Source: Candidatus Latescibacterota bacterium
Lineage (GTDB): Bacteria; Latescibacterota; UBA2968; UBA8231
NCBI GenBank assembly: GCA_965219385.1
Contig: CBDCNM010000002.1
Span: forward strand, 1,854,936-1,918,935
Direction of reading: 5' to 3'
Length of the DNA: 64,000 bases
Numbering within the stretch: the first letter of the stretch is position 1; each line of letters starts with the position of its first letter. Under the pieces are notes generated by a model. That model was not told where the DNA came from. It searched no databases and was given only the letters and a program-made list of their open reading frames with translations. Below, piece after piece: positions 20,309-29,488 of this stretch. Both the position numbers and the translations under genes were made by a program.

Positions 20309-22741
20309 TTGGCAAAGAATAAAGCGTTTCCCCCATCTCCGGGCCGATACTTCCTGATACTCTTCCTCGGCCTCACCTGCGGCGTCCGGGCACAAACCGA
20401 TCTGGAGCACACCCTCAGCGGCTACGTCGAAGATGCCGCCAGCGGCGAGAAGCTGATCGGAGCCGTCTTGCACGAACCCATGCTACGGCAGGGCACCACC
20501 ACCAACCGCTACGGCTTTTTCAGCCTGACCCTGCCCGCCGGCACGCTCCGGGTGGTGGTCTCCCACATCGGCTACCAGAGCGATACCCTCGCCACCCGGC
20601 TCGAGCAGGACCTGCAGCTGAATATCGCCCTCCAGCCCAGGCCCCTGGAAATGGGAACCGTACAGGTGGAGGCCGAGCGGCTGGATCCGATCCAGGAACA
20701 AAGCCGGATGAGCGTGGTGCAGGTGCCAGTCCGGCAAATCAAGAATGCGCCCGTCCTCATGGGCGAGGTCGACGTGCTCAAGACCCTGCAGCTGCTGCCC
20801 GGGGTCCAGTCCGGGGCCGAGGGCATGAGCGGCCTCTACGTGCGCGGCGGCAGCCCCGACCAGAACCTGATCCTCCTCGACGACGCCCCGGTCTACAACG
20901 TCTCCCACCTCTTCGGCTTCTTCTCGGTCTTCAACGCCAACACCATCAAGAACGTGCAGCTCACCAAGGCCGGCTTCCCGGCCCGTTACGGCGGCCGTCT
21001 CTCGTCGGTGCTGGAGATCGACATGAAGGACGGCAACATGAAGGAGTTCGAAGCCGAGGGCTCGGTGGGGCTCATCGCCTCCCAGCTCACCGTGCAGGGA
21101 CCGCTGCGCAAGGACCGCACCTCCTTCATCCTCTCGGGGCGGCGCACCTACTTCGACCTGCTGATGCGCCCCTTCCTTTCCGGCGACGACCGGGGCGGCT
21201 ACCACTTCTACGACGTCAACGCCAAGGTGAACCACATCTTCTCGCCCCGCAGCCGCGTCTACCTGAGCTGGTACGGCGGCGACGACCGCTTCTGGAGCGA
21301 CTTCGAGGACGAGTACGGCAGCGGCAACTTCCGCGAGGAGAACTCCACCGCCGCCAACTTCGGGTGGGGGAACGTCACCTCCACCCTGCGCTGGAACTAC
21401 CTGTTCAGCAACCGGCTCTTCGGCAACCTCACCGCCATCTACAGCCGCTACCAGCTCACGACCAACGTGGACGACCGCTCCACGGTGATCAGCGACGGGG
21501 ACCGGGAGAGTGAAACCCTCAGGCTGCGCTACCTGTCCGGCATCCGCGACTGGGGCCTGAAGCTCGACCTCGACTACATCCCCGACCCGACCCACTACAT
21601 CCGCTTCGGGGGCAGCGGCACCCTGCACACCTATCGCCCCGGGGCGGCGCAGATCAAGTTCAATCCCTTCGACGGCACCCCCGAGGACACCACCTTGGCC
21701 GCCCAGGAAACCGACGCCATGGAGTACAGCCTCTACGCCGAGGACGATGTCCATCTAAGCAGCCGACTGAAGGCCAACCTCGGTCTGCACACCTCCGGCT
21801 TTCTCGTTGACGGGGAGTTCTACACCTCCCTGCAGCCGCGGGTTTCGACGCGCTACCTGCTGCCTTCGGACTGGGCCGTGAAGGCCTCGTACGCCCGGAT
21901 GCGCCAGTACATCCACCTGCTCTCCAACAGCACCGTCGGCCTGCCCACCGACCTGTGGCTGCCGGCCACCGGGCGGGTGCGCCCCCAGCGGTCGGAGCAG
22001 GTCGGCCTGGGGCTGGCCCGCCAGTTGAAGGAGCAGTACGAGTTCAGTGTCGAGGGGTACTACAAGACCATGGACGAGCTGATCGAGTACCGCGAGGGGG
22101 CCAGTTTCCTCGTGGGCTTCGGCGAGAGCGAGGACTGGCAGGACAAGGTCGAGACGGGCCGGGGCTGGTCGTACGGCGCCGAGCTGTTCCTGCAGAAGAA
22201 GCGGGGCCGCACAACGGGCTGGGCCGGGTACACCCTGTCCTGGACGCGGCGGCGCTTCGACCAGTTGAACGAGGGGCGGTCCTTCCCCTACCGCTACGAC
22301 CGCCGCCACGACGCCTCCCTCGTCCTCTCGCACCAGATGTCGCGGTCCCTCTCCCTCTCCCTGACCTGGGTGTACGGCACGGGCAACGCGGTGACCCTTC
22401 CCGTGGCCCGTTACTACAGCGACCGCGACGGCGCCTGGGCCATCCGGTTGCCCCAACCCTACCTGCCCTATGTGCCCTATGAAACCGTGGTCTACGGAGA
22501 GCGCAACGGCTACCGCATGGCGGCCTTCCACCACCTCGACCTCAGCTTCAACTTCGGCCTGGCCGAGAGCGACCGGCACGGATTCAGCCTCGGGGTGTAC
22601 AACGCCTACAACCGCAAGAACCCGTTTTTCATCTACTTCGAGGAACGCTACGACTACGCCAGGGACGTCAGACGGTTCCGCGCCAAGCAGGTGAGCCTTT
22701 TCCCTCTTCTTCCCTGGATCAACTACCGGTTCAAGTTTTGA
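20309..22741 (+). CDS. TonB-dependent receptor with carboxypeptidase-regulatory-like N-domain
   Basis: LSGYVEDAASGEKLIGA, GEVDVLKTLQLLPGV, VRGGSPDQNL, terminal F. Start uncertain (TTG 20309; ORF open from 20102). Confidence 0.88.
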   Translation: MAKNKAFPPSPGRYFLILFLGLTCGVRAQTDLEHTLSGYVEDAASGEKLIGAVLHEPMLRQGTTTNRYGFFSLTLPAGTLRVVVSHIGYQSDTLATRLEQDLQLNIALQPRPLEMGTVQVEAERLDPIQEQSRMSVVQVPVRQIKNAPVLMGEVDVLKTLQLLPGVQSGAEGMSGLYVRGGSPDQNLILLDDAPVYNVSHLFGFFSVFNANTIKNVQLTKAGFPARYGGRLSSVLEIDMKDGNMKEFEAEGSVGLIASQLTVQGPLRKDRTSFILSGRRTYFDLLMRPFLSGDDRGGYHFYDVNAKVNHIFSPRSRVYLSWYGGDDRFWSDFEDEYGSGNFREENSTAANFGWGNVTSTLRWNYLFSNRLFGNLTAIYSRYQLTTNVDDRSTVISDGDRESETLRLRYLSGIRDWGLKLDLDYIPDPTHYIRFGGSGTLHTYRPGAAQIKFNPFDGTPEDTTLAAQETDAMEYSLYAEDDVHLSSRLKANLGLHTSGFLVDGEFYTSLQPRVSTRYLLPSDWAVKASYARMRQYIHLLSNSTVGLPTDLWLPATGRVRPQRSEQVGLGLARQLKEQYEFSVEGYYKTMDELIEYREGASFLVGFGESEDWQDKVETGRGWSYGAELFLQKKRGRTTGWAGYTLSWTRRRFDQLNEGRSFPYRYDRRHDASLVLSHQMSRSLSLSLTWVYGTGNAVTLPVARYYSDRDGAWAIRLPQPYLPYVPYETVVYGERNGYRMAAFHHLDLSFNFGLAESDRHGFSLGVYNAYNRKNPFFIYFEERYDYARDVRRFRAKQVSLFPLLPWINYRFKF

Positions 22742-22758
22742 ATTCCACGGCCCCCGCC

Positions 22759-23721
22759 ATGAAAGGCGCCCTGCGCCTCCTGCCGGTCCTGATCGCCCTG
22801 TCCGCCTGCGAGCAGGTGATCGATCCCGACCTGCCCGAGCATAGCCCGCGGCTGGTGGTGCATTCCTTGTTCACCTCCGACGGCGGCTGGAGCGCCCGTG
22901 TGGGTCGCTCTTCCGGGATTCTCGAGCCCCTGCCCTCCGGTGACAGGTCGGTGGCGGATGCCGCGGTGAAACTGTTGGCGGGAGAACGGGTCATCGGCGA
23001 ACTGAAGTTCAACGAGGCGGCCCGGGTATACGTGTTCGAAGACAGCGCCCTGCAAGCAGGAGAGACCTACTCCCTGCAGGTATCGGCCCCCGGCTTCGAG
23101 ACGATCCGGGCCACCGACACCGTGCCCAGGCCCGTGCCGACTTCCATCCTGTCGTATCGAATCCCCTCCTCCCGCTCGGAGTCCGGGACCCGCGGCGATT
23201 TCTCGATCGAGCTGGAAATCCAGGATCCTCCCGGCGAGGCGAACTACTACCAGATCAGCCTGTACCTTGTCTTCACGGGGAGGGGGGCAACGAGGTTGGA
23301 AGAAACCCTGTCGACAAGGGACCCCTCGATCATGGCCGACAACAGGGTCGACGAGTCTCCATTCGAAGAGGGGACCTTCGAAGGCGAGGCGCCGTACTTC
23401 AGGGACACCCTCTTCGACGGCCGGACCCACGAGATCGAGCTGACCTACACCGGCGTATGGTCACAGCGAGGGGATGTCGTTCAGGAGGCGGAGGTTGCCG
23501 AAGCCGAAGACGACCAGGGACCTGTCGATTTCTCTACAGCCTACCTCCAGGTTCTGTACATCAGCGAGACCTACTACGAGTATCTCAAGACGGCCCGGCT
23601 CCACGACAACACCCGGGACAATCCCTTTGCCGAGCCGCTGAACGTGTACGGCAACGTCGAGAACGGGTACGGCATCTTCGCCGGGTACACTTCCCAAACT
23701 TTTGAACTCGCGCTCGAGTGA
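22759..23721 (+). CDS. DUF4249 family lipoprotein
   Basis: Lipobox LSAC-EQVID, DPPGEANYY, PFAEP..VYGNVENGYGIFAG; typical partner of this receptor type. Confidence 0.85.
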   Translation: MKGALRLLPVLIALSACEQVIDPDLPEHSPRLVVHSLFTSDGGWSARVGRSSGILEPLPSGDRSVADAAVKLLAGERVIGELKFNEAARVYVFEDSALQAGETYSLQVSAPGFETIRATDTVPRPVPTSILSYRIPSSRSESGTRGDFSIELEIQDPPGEANYYQISLYLVFTGRGATRLEETLSTRDPSIMADNRVDESPFEEGTFEGEAPYFRDTLFDGRTHEIELTYTGVWSQRGDVVQEAEVAEAEDDQGPVDFSTAYLQVLYISETYYEYLKTARLHDNTRDNPFAEPLNVYGNVENGYGIFAGYTSQTFELALE

Positions 23722-23803
23722 GCGAGAGGGCGGAGCCGAAGCACTGCACTGCAGGAAGTCACGGTGCAGCTTGCAGACCTTCGAACTCGCGCTCAAGTGA
23801 GCG
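23695..23803 (+). repeat. 30-bp imperfect direct repeat of the DUF4249 3' end (23695-23724 and 23774-23803)
   Basis: caaacttttgaactcgcgctcgagtgagcg vs cagaccttcgaactcgcgctcaagtgagcg (26/30). Confidence 0.85.
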
Positions 23804-23815
23804 CAGGGGGCGACG

Positions 23816-24610
23816 GTGAATTTGCATCAGGAATGGTCGGCAGAATCTTACGCGCGCAATGCACGGTTTGTGGCCGATCATGCTGCTCCACTGCTGGAAA
23901 TCCTGGATCCGCAGCCCGGCGAGCGCATCCTGGACCTGGGATGCGGCGATGGAGTCCTTACGGCAAAAATCGCCCAGTCGGGCGCCTCGGTGATTGGAAT
24001 CGACACCTCGGCGGAACTCTTGAACGCCGCCCGCAACCTCGGCGCCGAAGTCCTCCTCATGGACGGCCAATACCTTGAATTCGACGAGGAATTCGATGCC
24101 GTGTTCACCAACGCCGCCCTGCACTGGATGCCGGATGGCGCCGGCGTGCTGCGCGGCGTAGCCGGAATTCTGGCGCCCGGGGGCCGCTTCGTGGGTGAGT
24201 TCGGAGGGCACGGCAACATCGCGGCGATCCTTACTGCAGTTTCGGCGGCATTGAAACTCCACCGAGTCGATTACGTCCCGGGCAACCCATGGTTTTTTCC
24301 CACCGCGGAGGAATACGGCGCGATGCTCGAAGCGCACGGATTCCAGATCGATGAGATCGGCCTGAATCCAAGGCCGACACTGCTTCCCACCGGAATCACG
24401 GGATGGCTGAACACTTTCGCGGCGCCGTTGCTGGCGGGCCTGGATGCGGAGCGGCGTGCAATGGTCACAGAATATGCCGCCGAACTCCTCGCGCCATCGC
24501 TCAGGGACGCGAAGGGCAACTGGACCGCCGATTACGTGCGCCTGCGCTTCGAGGCGCGCAAGCGGCAGAGCGCCGATTCCGGCAATGCTGTGAGCGACCG
24601 GGCGCCATAG
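23816..24610 (+). CDS. Class I SAM-dependent methyltransferase
   Basis: ILDLGCGDG, FDAVFTNAALHW, DYVRLRF. Confidence 0.88.
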   Translation: MNLHQEWSAESYARNARFVADHAAPLLEILDPQPGERILDLGCGDGVLTAKIAQSGASVIGIDTSAELLNAARNLGAEVLLMDGQYLEFDEEFDAVFTNAALHWMPDGAGVLRGVAGILAPGGRFVGEFGGHGNIAAILTAVSAALKLHRVDYVPGNPWFFPTAEEYGAMLEAHGFQIDEIGLNPRPTLLPTGITGWLNTFAAPLLAGLDAERRAMVTEYAAELLAPSLRDAKGNWTADYVRLRFEARKRQSADSGNAVSDRAP

Positions 24611-24739
24611 GGCTGAATCGCGGTGCGCCCGGCCCGGCTTCTAGTCGATCCCGACCTCCCCAAAATCGAAACGCGCCAGGCTCACCCCCGCGCTCCAGCC
24701 GCCGGGTGAAATCGAGGCGCAGCATAGGAAGCGGGAGTC

Positions 24740-25534
24740 CTAGGAGGAGATCATTTCGGCAATTTCATCGAGATACTCTTTAAGGGACAATCCGTGGCTT
24801 CTTGCCAAAATCGCCAGCGTATCAATCTTTGTCCGTTCACCCTTTTCGATTCTTCGCACATGGCGTTCAGAAAGCCCTTGAATCTCGGCTTGCTTAAGCC
24901 CGCACCGCTTGCGCAATGCGGCAACGGCCTCTCCGAATCGGAGGTCGTACATCAGTCTTTCCCGATCCTTTTTCTCACGCCATGTTTCATCTTTTAGGTA
25001 GCGAACAGCATCCAGGTCAATATGTACATCAACCTCAGGCCAGTGCATATAACTACCTTCACTGGAGATAGTAAATGAAGAACGCTGTTGGGATGGAATG
25101 CGCTTAAGTGCGGGCATTTCTGCAAAACCCACTCTGAACAAGGTATGATCACAGGCCATGACAAAGAGTTCCTCATCTACGACCTGTGCAGCGGCAATGA
25201 GCTGATCGGGACATCCAAGACTCCAGGCCGTTAGCACACGCTTTGGCACATCCTTATTCGAGTGCACAAGAATATGTCGGCTGCTTTTGAGTTTTGCCTC
25301 ATAAAGCATCTGCGGCAAAAACTGAGCGTTGTCGTCTTCGCGGACGAAAAGGGTTCGAAGATGGTTTCGATGATTGGCAGCACGGACGAACTCACTTACA
25401 GCAGGAAGGTCGGCAACAGAAGTTAATACGAAAATATCCCGAGCGTTCACCTTGCTCACATCCGGTTTCCTAAAAACGGCGAAAGAGGGCGGAATAATGT
25501 CATAGCTAAATGGGTCTTGAGCCCAAACAGTCAT
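24740..25534 (-). CDS. DUF2442-like domain + C-terminal XRE HTH protein (lower GC)
   Basis: FTISSEGSYMHWPEVDVHID; FGEAVAALRK..LKQAEI..SERHVRRIEKG. Confidence 0.65.
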   Translation of the reverse strand: MTVWAQDPFSYDIIPPSFAVFRKPDVSKVNARDIFVLTSVADLPAVSEFVRAANHRNHLRTLFVREDDNAQFLPQMLYEAKLKSSRHILVHSNKDVPKRVLTAWSLGCPDQLIAAAQVVDEELFVMACDHTLFRVGFAEMPALKRIPSQQRSSFTISSEGSYMHWPEVDVHIDLDAVRYLKDETWREKKDRERLMYDLRFGEAVAALRKRCGLKQAEIQGLSERHVRRIEKGERTKIDTLAILARSHGLSLKEYLDEIAEMISS

Positions 25535-25672
25535 TTTTCCCAAAAGATGGCTCCTCGCTTTCCACCAAAGAACATATCCAGAACCAGACAATTAATCAAT
25601 TATATACAAATTAAAAAATATCCGGCGACGAAATTGTTCCTTTAACAAATTGCGCGACTTTTTGCCGCCTCT

Positions 25673-26943
25673 CTACTCGTATCTCAACGCATCCGCCGGG
25701 TTGTCCGCGTCGCCAGCCAAGTCTGGCCGTTTACGGTGGTCAGCCAGTGCGTAGCTCATTCGCAGCGCAGGGCGGCTTGCGTGCCGCGGACCCGGAGAGG
25801 AGGACGGTGCAGGGCTCGTCGAGGGCGGTGGCGGCGTCGCCCGCCACCAGGGGCAGGGTGAAGACCTTCAGAATCTGTGGGTCGGCGAAGTGAAAGTCGC
25901 TCTCGTAGAAGCGGCTCTCTCGCCCCGGCTGACGACGCGGTAGATGCGCAGGTAGCTCTCGATCATGGTCTACTCAGCCGCATATCCGAGATCGCGCGAC
26001 TGGATGTAGGCCAACTGCTGACGAATCGCGATTGTGCAGAAGATCAGGAGGACCGCCATGCCGTACTGCAAGGTCAGGAGCGCGCTCGTCGCTCTTCTTC
26101 TGCGCCACGGCGACACCTCACGGACGACAGACGAGGGCTGCATGCGCGCCACGATTAGGGCCGGATAGCTTCCCGCCGCGAGGCCGATCAGCACCACCAA
26201 CAAGACGCCTCCGCCGACGATAATCGAGGTATCCAAGTCGTGGAGCGCTAGCCCGGACCAAGCGTCAAGTCCATAGTACGCGCTGAAGGCGGGCAGCCCC
26301 AACTGCACGAGGACCAGTCCGGCGATCAGGGAGAAAAAGGCCAGCAGGACGCCCTCTCCCAAAAATTGCAGGGCGATTTGTGCCTTGTTGGCACCGAGCG
26401 CCTTGCGGACGCCCACTTCCGCGCTCCTGCCGATGGAGTTAGCTACGGTGAGGGTCGTGAAGTTGAGGCAGGCGACGGTCAGAATGACGCCAATCAGGGC
26501 GACGAGGGCGAGGATTGACTCAATGCTCACGGAGTTTTCATAGCATAGGTATGGGCCTGCGGGTCGAGGTAGATCCTCCGTGCTTCTTGGAGTTCGAGTT
26601 GGAAGGCGTCTGGATCGTCCTTCCAGCGAACGCCTTTGTAGCGTTCCCAGACCGGGGCGATGAACGTGCGGGAGAACTCCGGGAGCTTTGCTTCGAGTGC
26701 CTTCCGCTCGGCGAGGGGCTGAAGCGCGATGTATGTAGAAGTCGTAGAGCCCCAATAACTGGTCATGCCATACTTGGTTCGGTTCTCAAAACGGATTGCC
26801 GCGTCAAAGCCCAAGCTCCGCTTTTTCGGCAGATCGGCGAAGACGCCGGAGATGGTGTATGCCTCGGGACCCTCGTTGCCGTGCAAGACAATCTGACTAG
26901 TCCTGATAGCATGGTACGCGACACTCACCCAAGCGGCGTGCAT
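25673..26943 (-). pseudogene. Three collapsed MacB/FtsX ABC permease remnants (25970-26943, 25756-25966, 25673-25745)
   Basis: Fragments ACLNF..RSAEVGVRKALGA, FTLPLVAGDAATAL, ALRCE*, TVNGQTWLA..NPADALRYE*. Confidence 0.8.
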
Positions 26944-29352
26944 TTACTCGTATCTCAACGCATCCGCCGGATTGGCCCGCGCCGCCAGCCAGGTCTGGCC
27001 GCTCACGGTGGCCAGGGCGACGGCGAGAACGCCCACGCCCGCCAGCGCGAACCACCCCAGGCCGATGTCGATGCGGTAGGCGTAGAACGCGAGCCAGCGG
27101 TTGAGTACGAAGAAGGCCACGGGCCAGGCAATGGCGTTGGCCGCCACCACCAGCCAGCCGAATTCGCGCGACATCAACAGCAGCACGCTGCCGGTCGTGG
27201 CCCCGAGGACCTTGCGGATGCCGATTTCCCTGGTGCGCCGCACGGCCGCCAAAGCGACCAAGCCAAAAAGCCCCATGCAGGAGATCACAATGGCGATGGC
27301 ACTCATCCACCCCATAACAACGCCGACGCGCCGCTCGGTCTCGTATCTCGCTGCAAAGGCCTCGTCGAGGAAGCGCACGCCCTGTAGTTCGTATTCCGGC
27401 AAAACCCGCTTCCACAGCGTCTTTACCTCTTCAACCGCCGCGGGCAGGTCGGCGCGGTCGAGTCGGAACAGGGTGGCCATGGACCCGCCGCTGCCCAGCC
27501 ACCCTCGCGGGCTCGTCGTCAGGAAGGCGGGCCCTATGGTATGATGCATGGTATCGAAGTGGAAATCCTCGACAACGCCGATCACCGGCACCGGCTCATC
27601 ACCGAAATCGTCAATGGTCACAGTGCGTCCGATTGGGTCTTCAAGTCCCAAGAGGCGGACCGCGGTCTCGTTGAGGAGGATGCCGCGCGGCAAACCAGAC
27701 TCGTCGTTCTGCCCGGAGAGGACCTCGATCCCCATGACGCGCAGAAAATCCGGACTTATGTGGAAAAACTTGGCGCGCAACGAGTTCTCACCGAACTGGA
27801 GGGTTATGGGGGGAAAGCCGCCGCCGAGGCCGGGTACTGGCGAGGCACCAGCGACCCCCTTGACCAGTCCCGGCCGGGAATTGATCTCGCTGGCAAGGCG
27901 CTCAATCTGCACAGCGTTGAGACGGCCATCGCTGCGCACCCGAACGACCCGATCGCTGTCGAACCCCAGATCCTTGGTGCGCATGAAGTCGCGCTGTCGC
28001 TCCATGGTGATGGTCACAACGATCAGTAAGGTTGACAAGGCGAACTGCAGGATGATCAGACCGCGGCCGATGCGACCGCGGCCGACCTGGGGCGCCTTTC
28101 TGGACAGGGCCCGAACCGGGTGGAGCCGCGCAATGACCTGGGCCGGGTACAGGCCCGAGAGTACGCCGACCACCAGGGCCAGGGTCAGGACACCTGTCCC
28201 GGTCTCGACCGACAGCCATTCGAGCTCGAGCTGTCGATGCACGACCTCGTTGAAGGCCGGAAGCAACATTTCGGCCAGGGCCATGCCCCCGGCGACGGCG
28301 ATCAGGCTGACGACGATGGCCTCGGCGAGGAACTGGTTGGAGAGCTGGTGGCGGGTGGCGCCGATTGCCTTGCGCAGGCCGACTTCGAGGGTCCGTGTCA
28401 TGGCGCGGCTCAGGGCGAGGTTGACGAAGTTGATGGCGGCGATCAGCAGCACGACCGCGGCCAGCCCGGCCAGCAGATAGCAGTGCTCGATCGTGCCATG
28501 GCTGATGCGGACGGATGCCAACATGATGTTGGGTCCGAAGTGAGCCCCCCTGAAAGGTTGCAGCCTGACTCGGACTTCTTCGCTAGAGTATTCGACAGCC
28601 AGCGACGCCAGTCGCGCTTCCATCTCGGCCGGGTCTGCGCCCTCTTCAAGCTCGATAAAAAGCCCGTCTTTGCTGCGAAATAGCAGTTCATCAACAGCTA
28701 TTGCAGGCATGAGTACACCCGTGCGTACACCTGCGTACAGTATTGAAGGCCCCGGCAGCGGCGCCAGCACACCCGCGATGGTGCGCTCCACCTCGATGGG
28801 CGTCGACGTCGAATGGTCCGCGAGTTGCAGCCGGATGCGCTTGCCCAGCATGGCGTGGACAGGAACATCGGTACCGAAGTACTTCAGCGCCGTTTCATGG
28901 GCGAGGACGACATTCTGGGGATCGTCGAGGGCCGTCGCCGCATCACCAGCGGCCAGTGGTAGGGTGAACAGGGTGAGGAAGGCCGGATCGACAGCGAGGA
29001 AGGGCTCCTCAAAGGTCGCATCGCCGTACGAGACCTTGCCGTCTCCCGCCCGCATGCGGACCGATTCGCTGATGCCGGCGACGGTAGTGCGCACGGCCTC
29101 GCGCAGCTTGGAATTTAGCTTCGTGTGGATATTGAAGGGGTAGCCGGGTACGGGCACTAGGGTTTCGGAATATAGCATGAAGATCCGATCCCCTTTTTCG
29201 TGCCAGGTGTCAAAGGAGGTCTCGTGGCGCACGAACAGCAGACAGAGGACGACTACCGCCAGGGCTGCGGACAGGCCGACGATGTTGATCAGCGAAATCG
29301 TCTTGTTGCGCCCCAATACGCGCAGGGCAATGATCAGGTTGCTTTTCCACAT
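26944..29352 (-). CDS. ABC transporter permease, double MacB-PCD/FtsX
   Basis: AAINFVNL..EVGLRKAIGA, EIGIRKVLGA, NPADALRYE. Confidence 0.92.
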   Translation of the reverse strand: MWKSNLIIALRVLGRNKTISLINIVGLSAALAVVVLCLLFVRHETSFDTWHEKGDRIFMLYSETLVPVPGYPFNIHTKLNSKLREAVRTTVAGISESVRMRAGDGKVSYGDATFEEPFLAVDPAFLTLFTLPLAAGDAATALDDPQNVVLAHETALKYFGTDVPVHAMLGKRIRLQLADHSTSTPIEVERTIAGVLAPLPGPSILYAGVRTGVLMPAIAVDELLFRSKDGLFIELEEGADPAEMEARLASLAVEYSSEEVRVRLQPFRGAHFGPNIMLASVRISHGTIEHCYLLAGLAAVVLLIAAINFVNLALSRAMTRTLEVGLRKAIGATRHQLSNQFLAEAIVVSLIAVAGGMALAEMLLPAFNEVVHRQLELEWLSVETGTGVLTLALVVGVLSGLYPAQVIARLHPVRALSRKAPQVGRGRIGRGLIILQFALSTLLIVVTITMERQRDFMRTKDLGFDSDRVVRVRSDGRLNAVQIERLASEINSRPGLVKGVAGASPVPGLGGGFPPITLQFGENSLRAKFFHISPDFLRVMGIEVLSGQNDESGLPRGILLNETAVRLLGLEDPIGRTVTIDDFGDEPVPVIGVVEDFHFDTMHHTIGPAFLTTSPRGWLGSGGSMATLFRLDRADLPAAVEEVKTLWKRVLPEYELQGVRFLDEAFAARYETERRVGVVMGWMSAIAIVISCMGLFGLVALAAVRRTREIGIRKVLGATTGSVLLLMSREFGWLVVAANAIAWPVAFFVLNRWLAFYAYRIDIGLGWFALAGVGVLAVALATVSGQTWLAARANPADALRYE

Positions 29353-29474
29353 GATTTCGTTCCTTGCAGTTTCCCGGGTTCGCCGGGGGTATTGTTCTTC
29401 GCTGGATTCACCGCTCCTTGGCGATGTCCTCGGTCACGATCCTTCCGTCGAAGAGGTGAATTACCCGGTGGGCG
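29353..29474 (-). repeat. Copy of 31900-32022 (3' end of ABC ATPase gene plus spacer); tandem-duplication junction
   Basis: Near-identical DNA encoding AHRVIHLFDGRIVTEDIAKER*. Confidence 0.9.
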
Positions 29475-29488
29475 GCACTGCATCCGCG

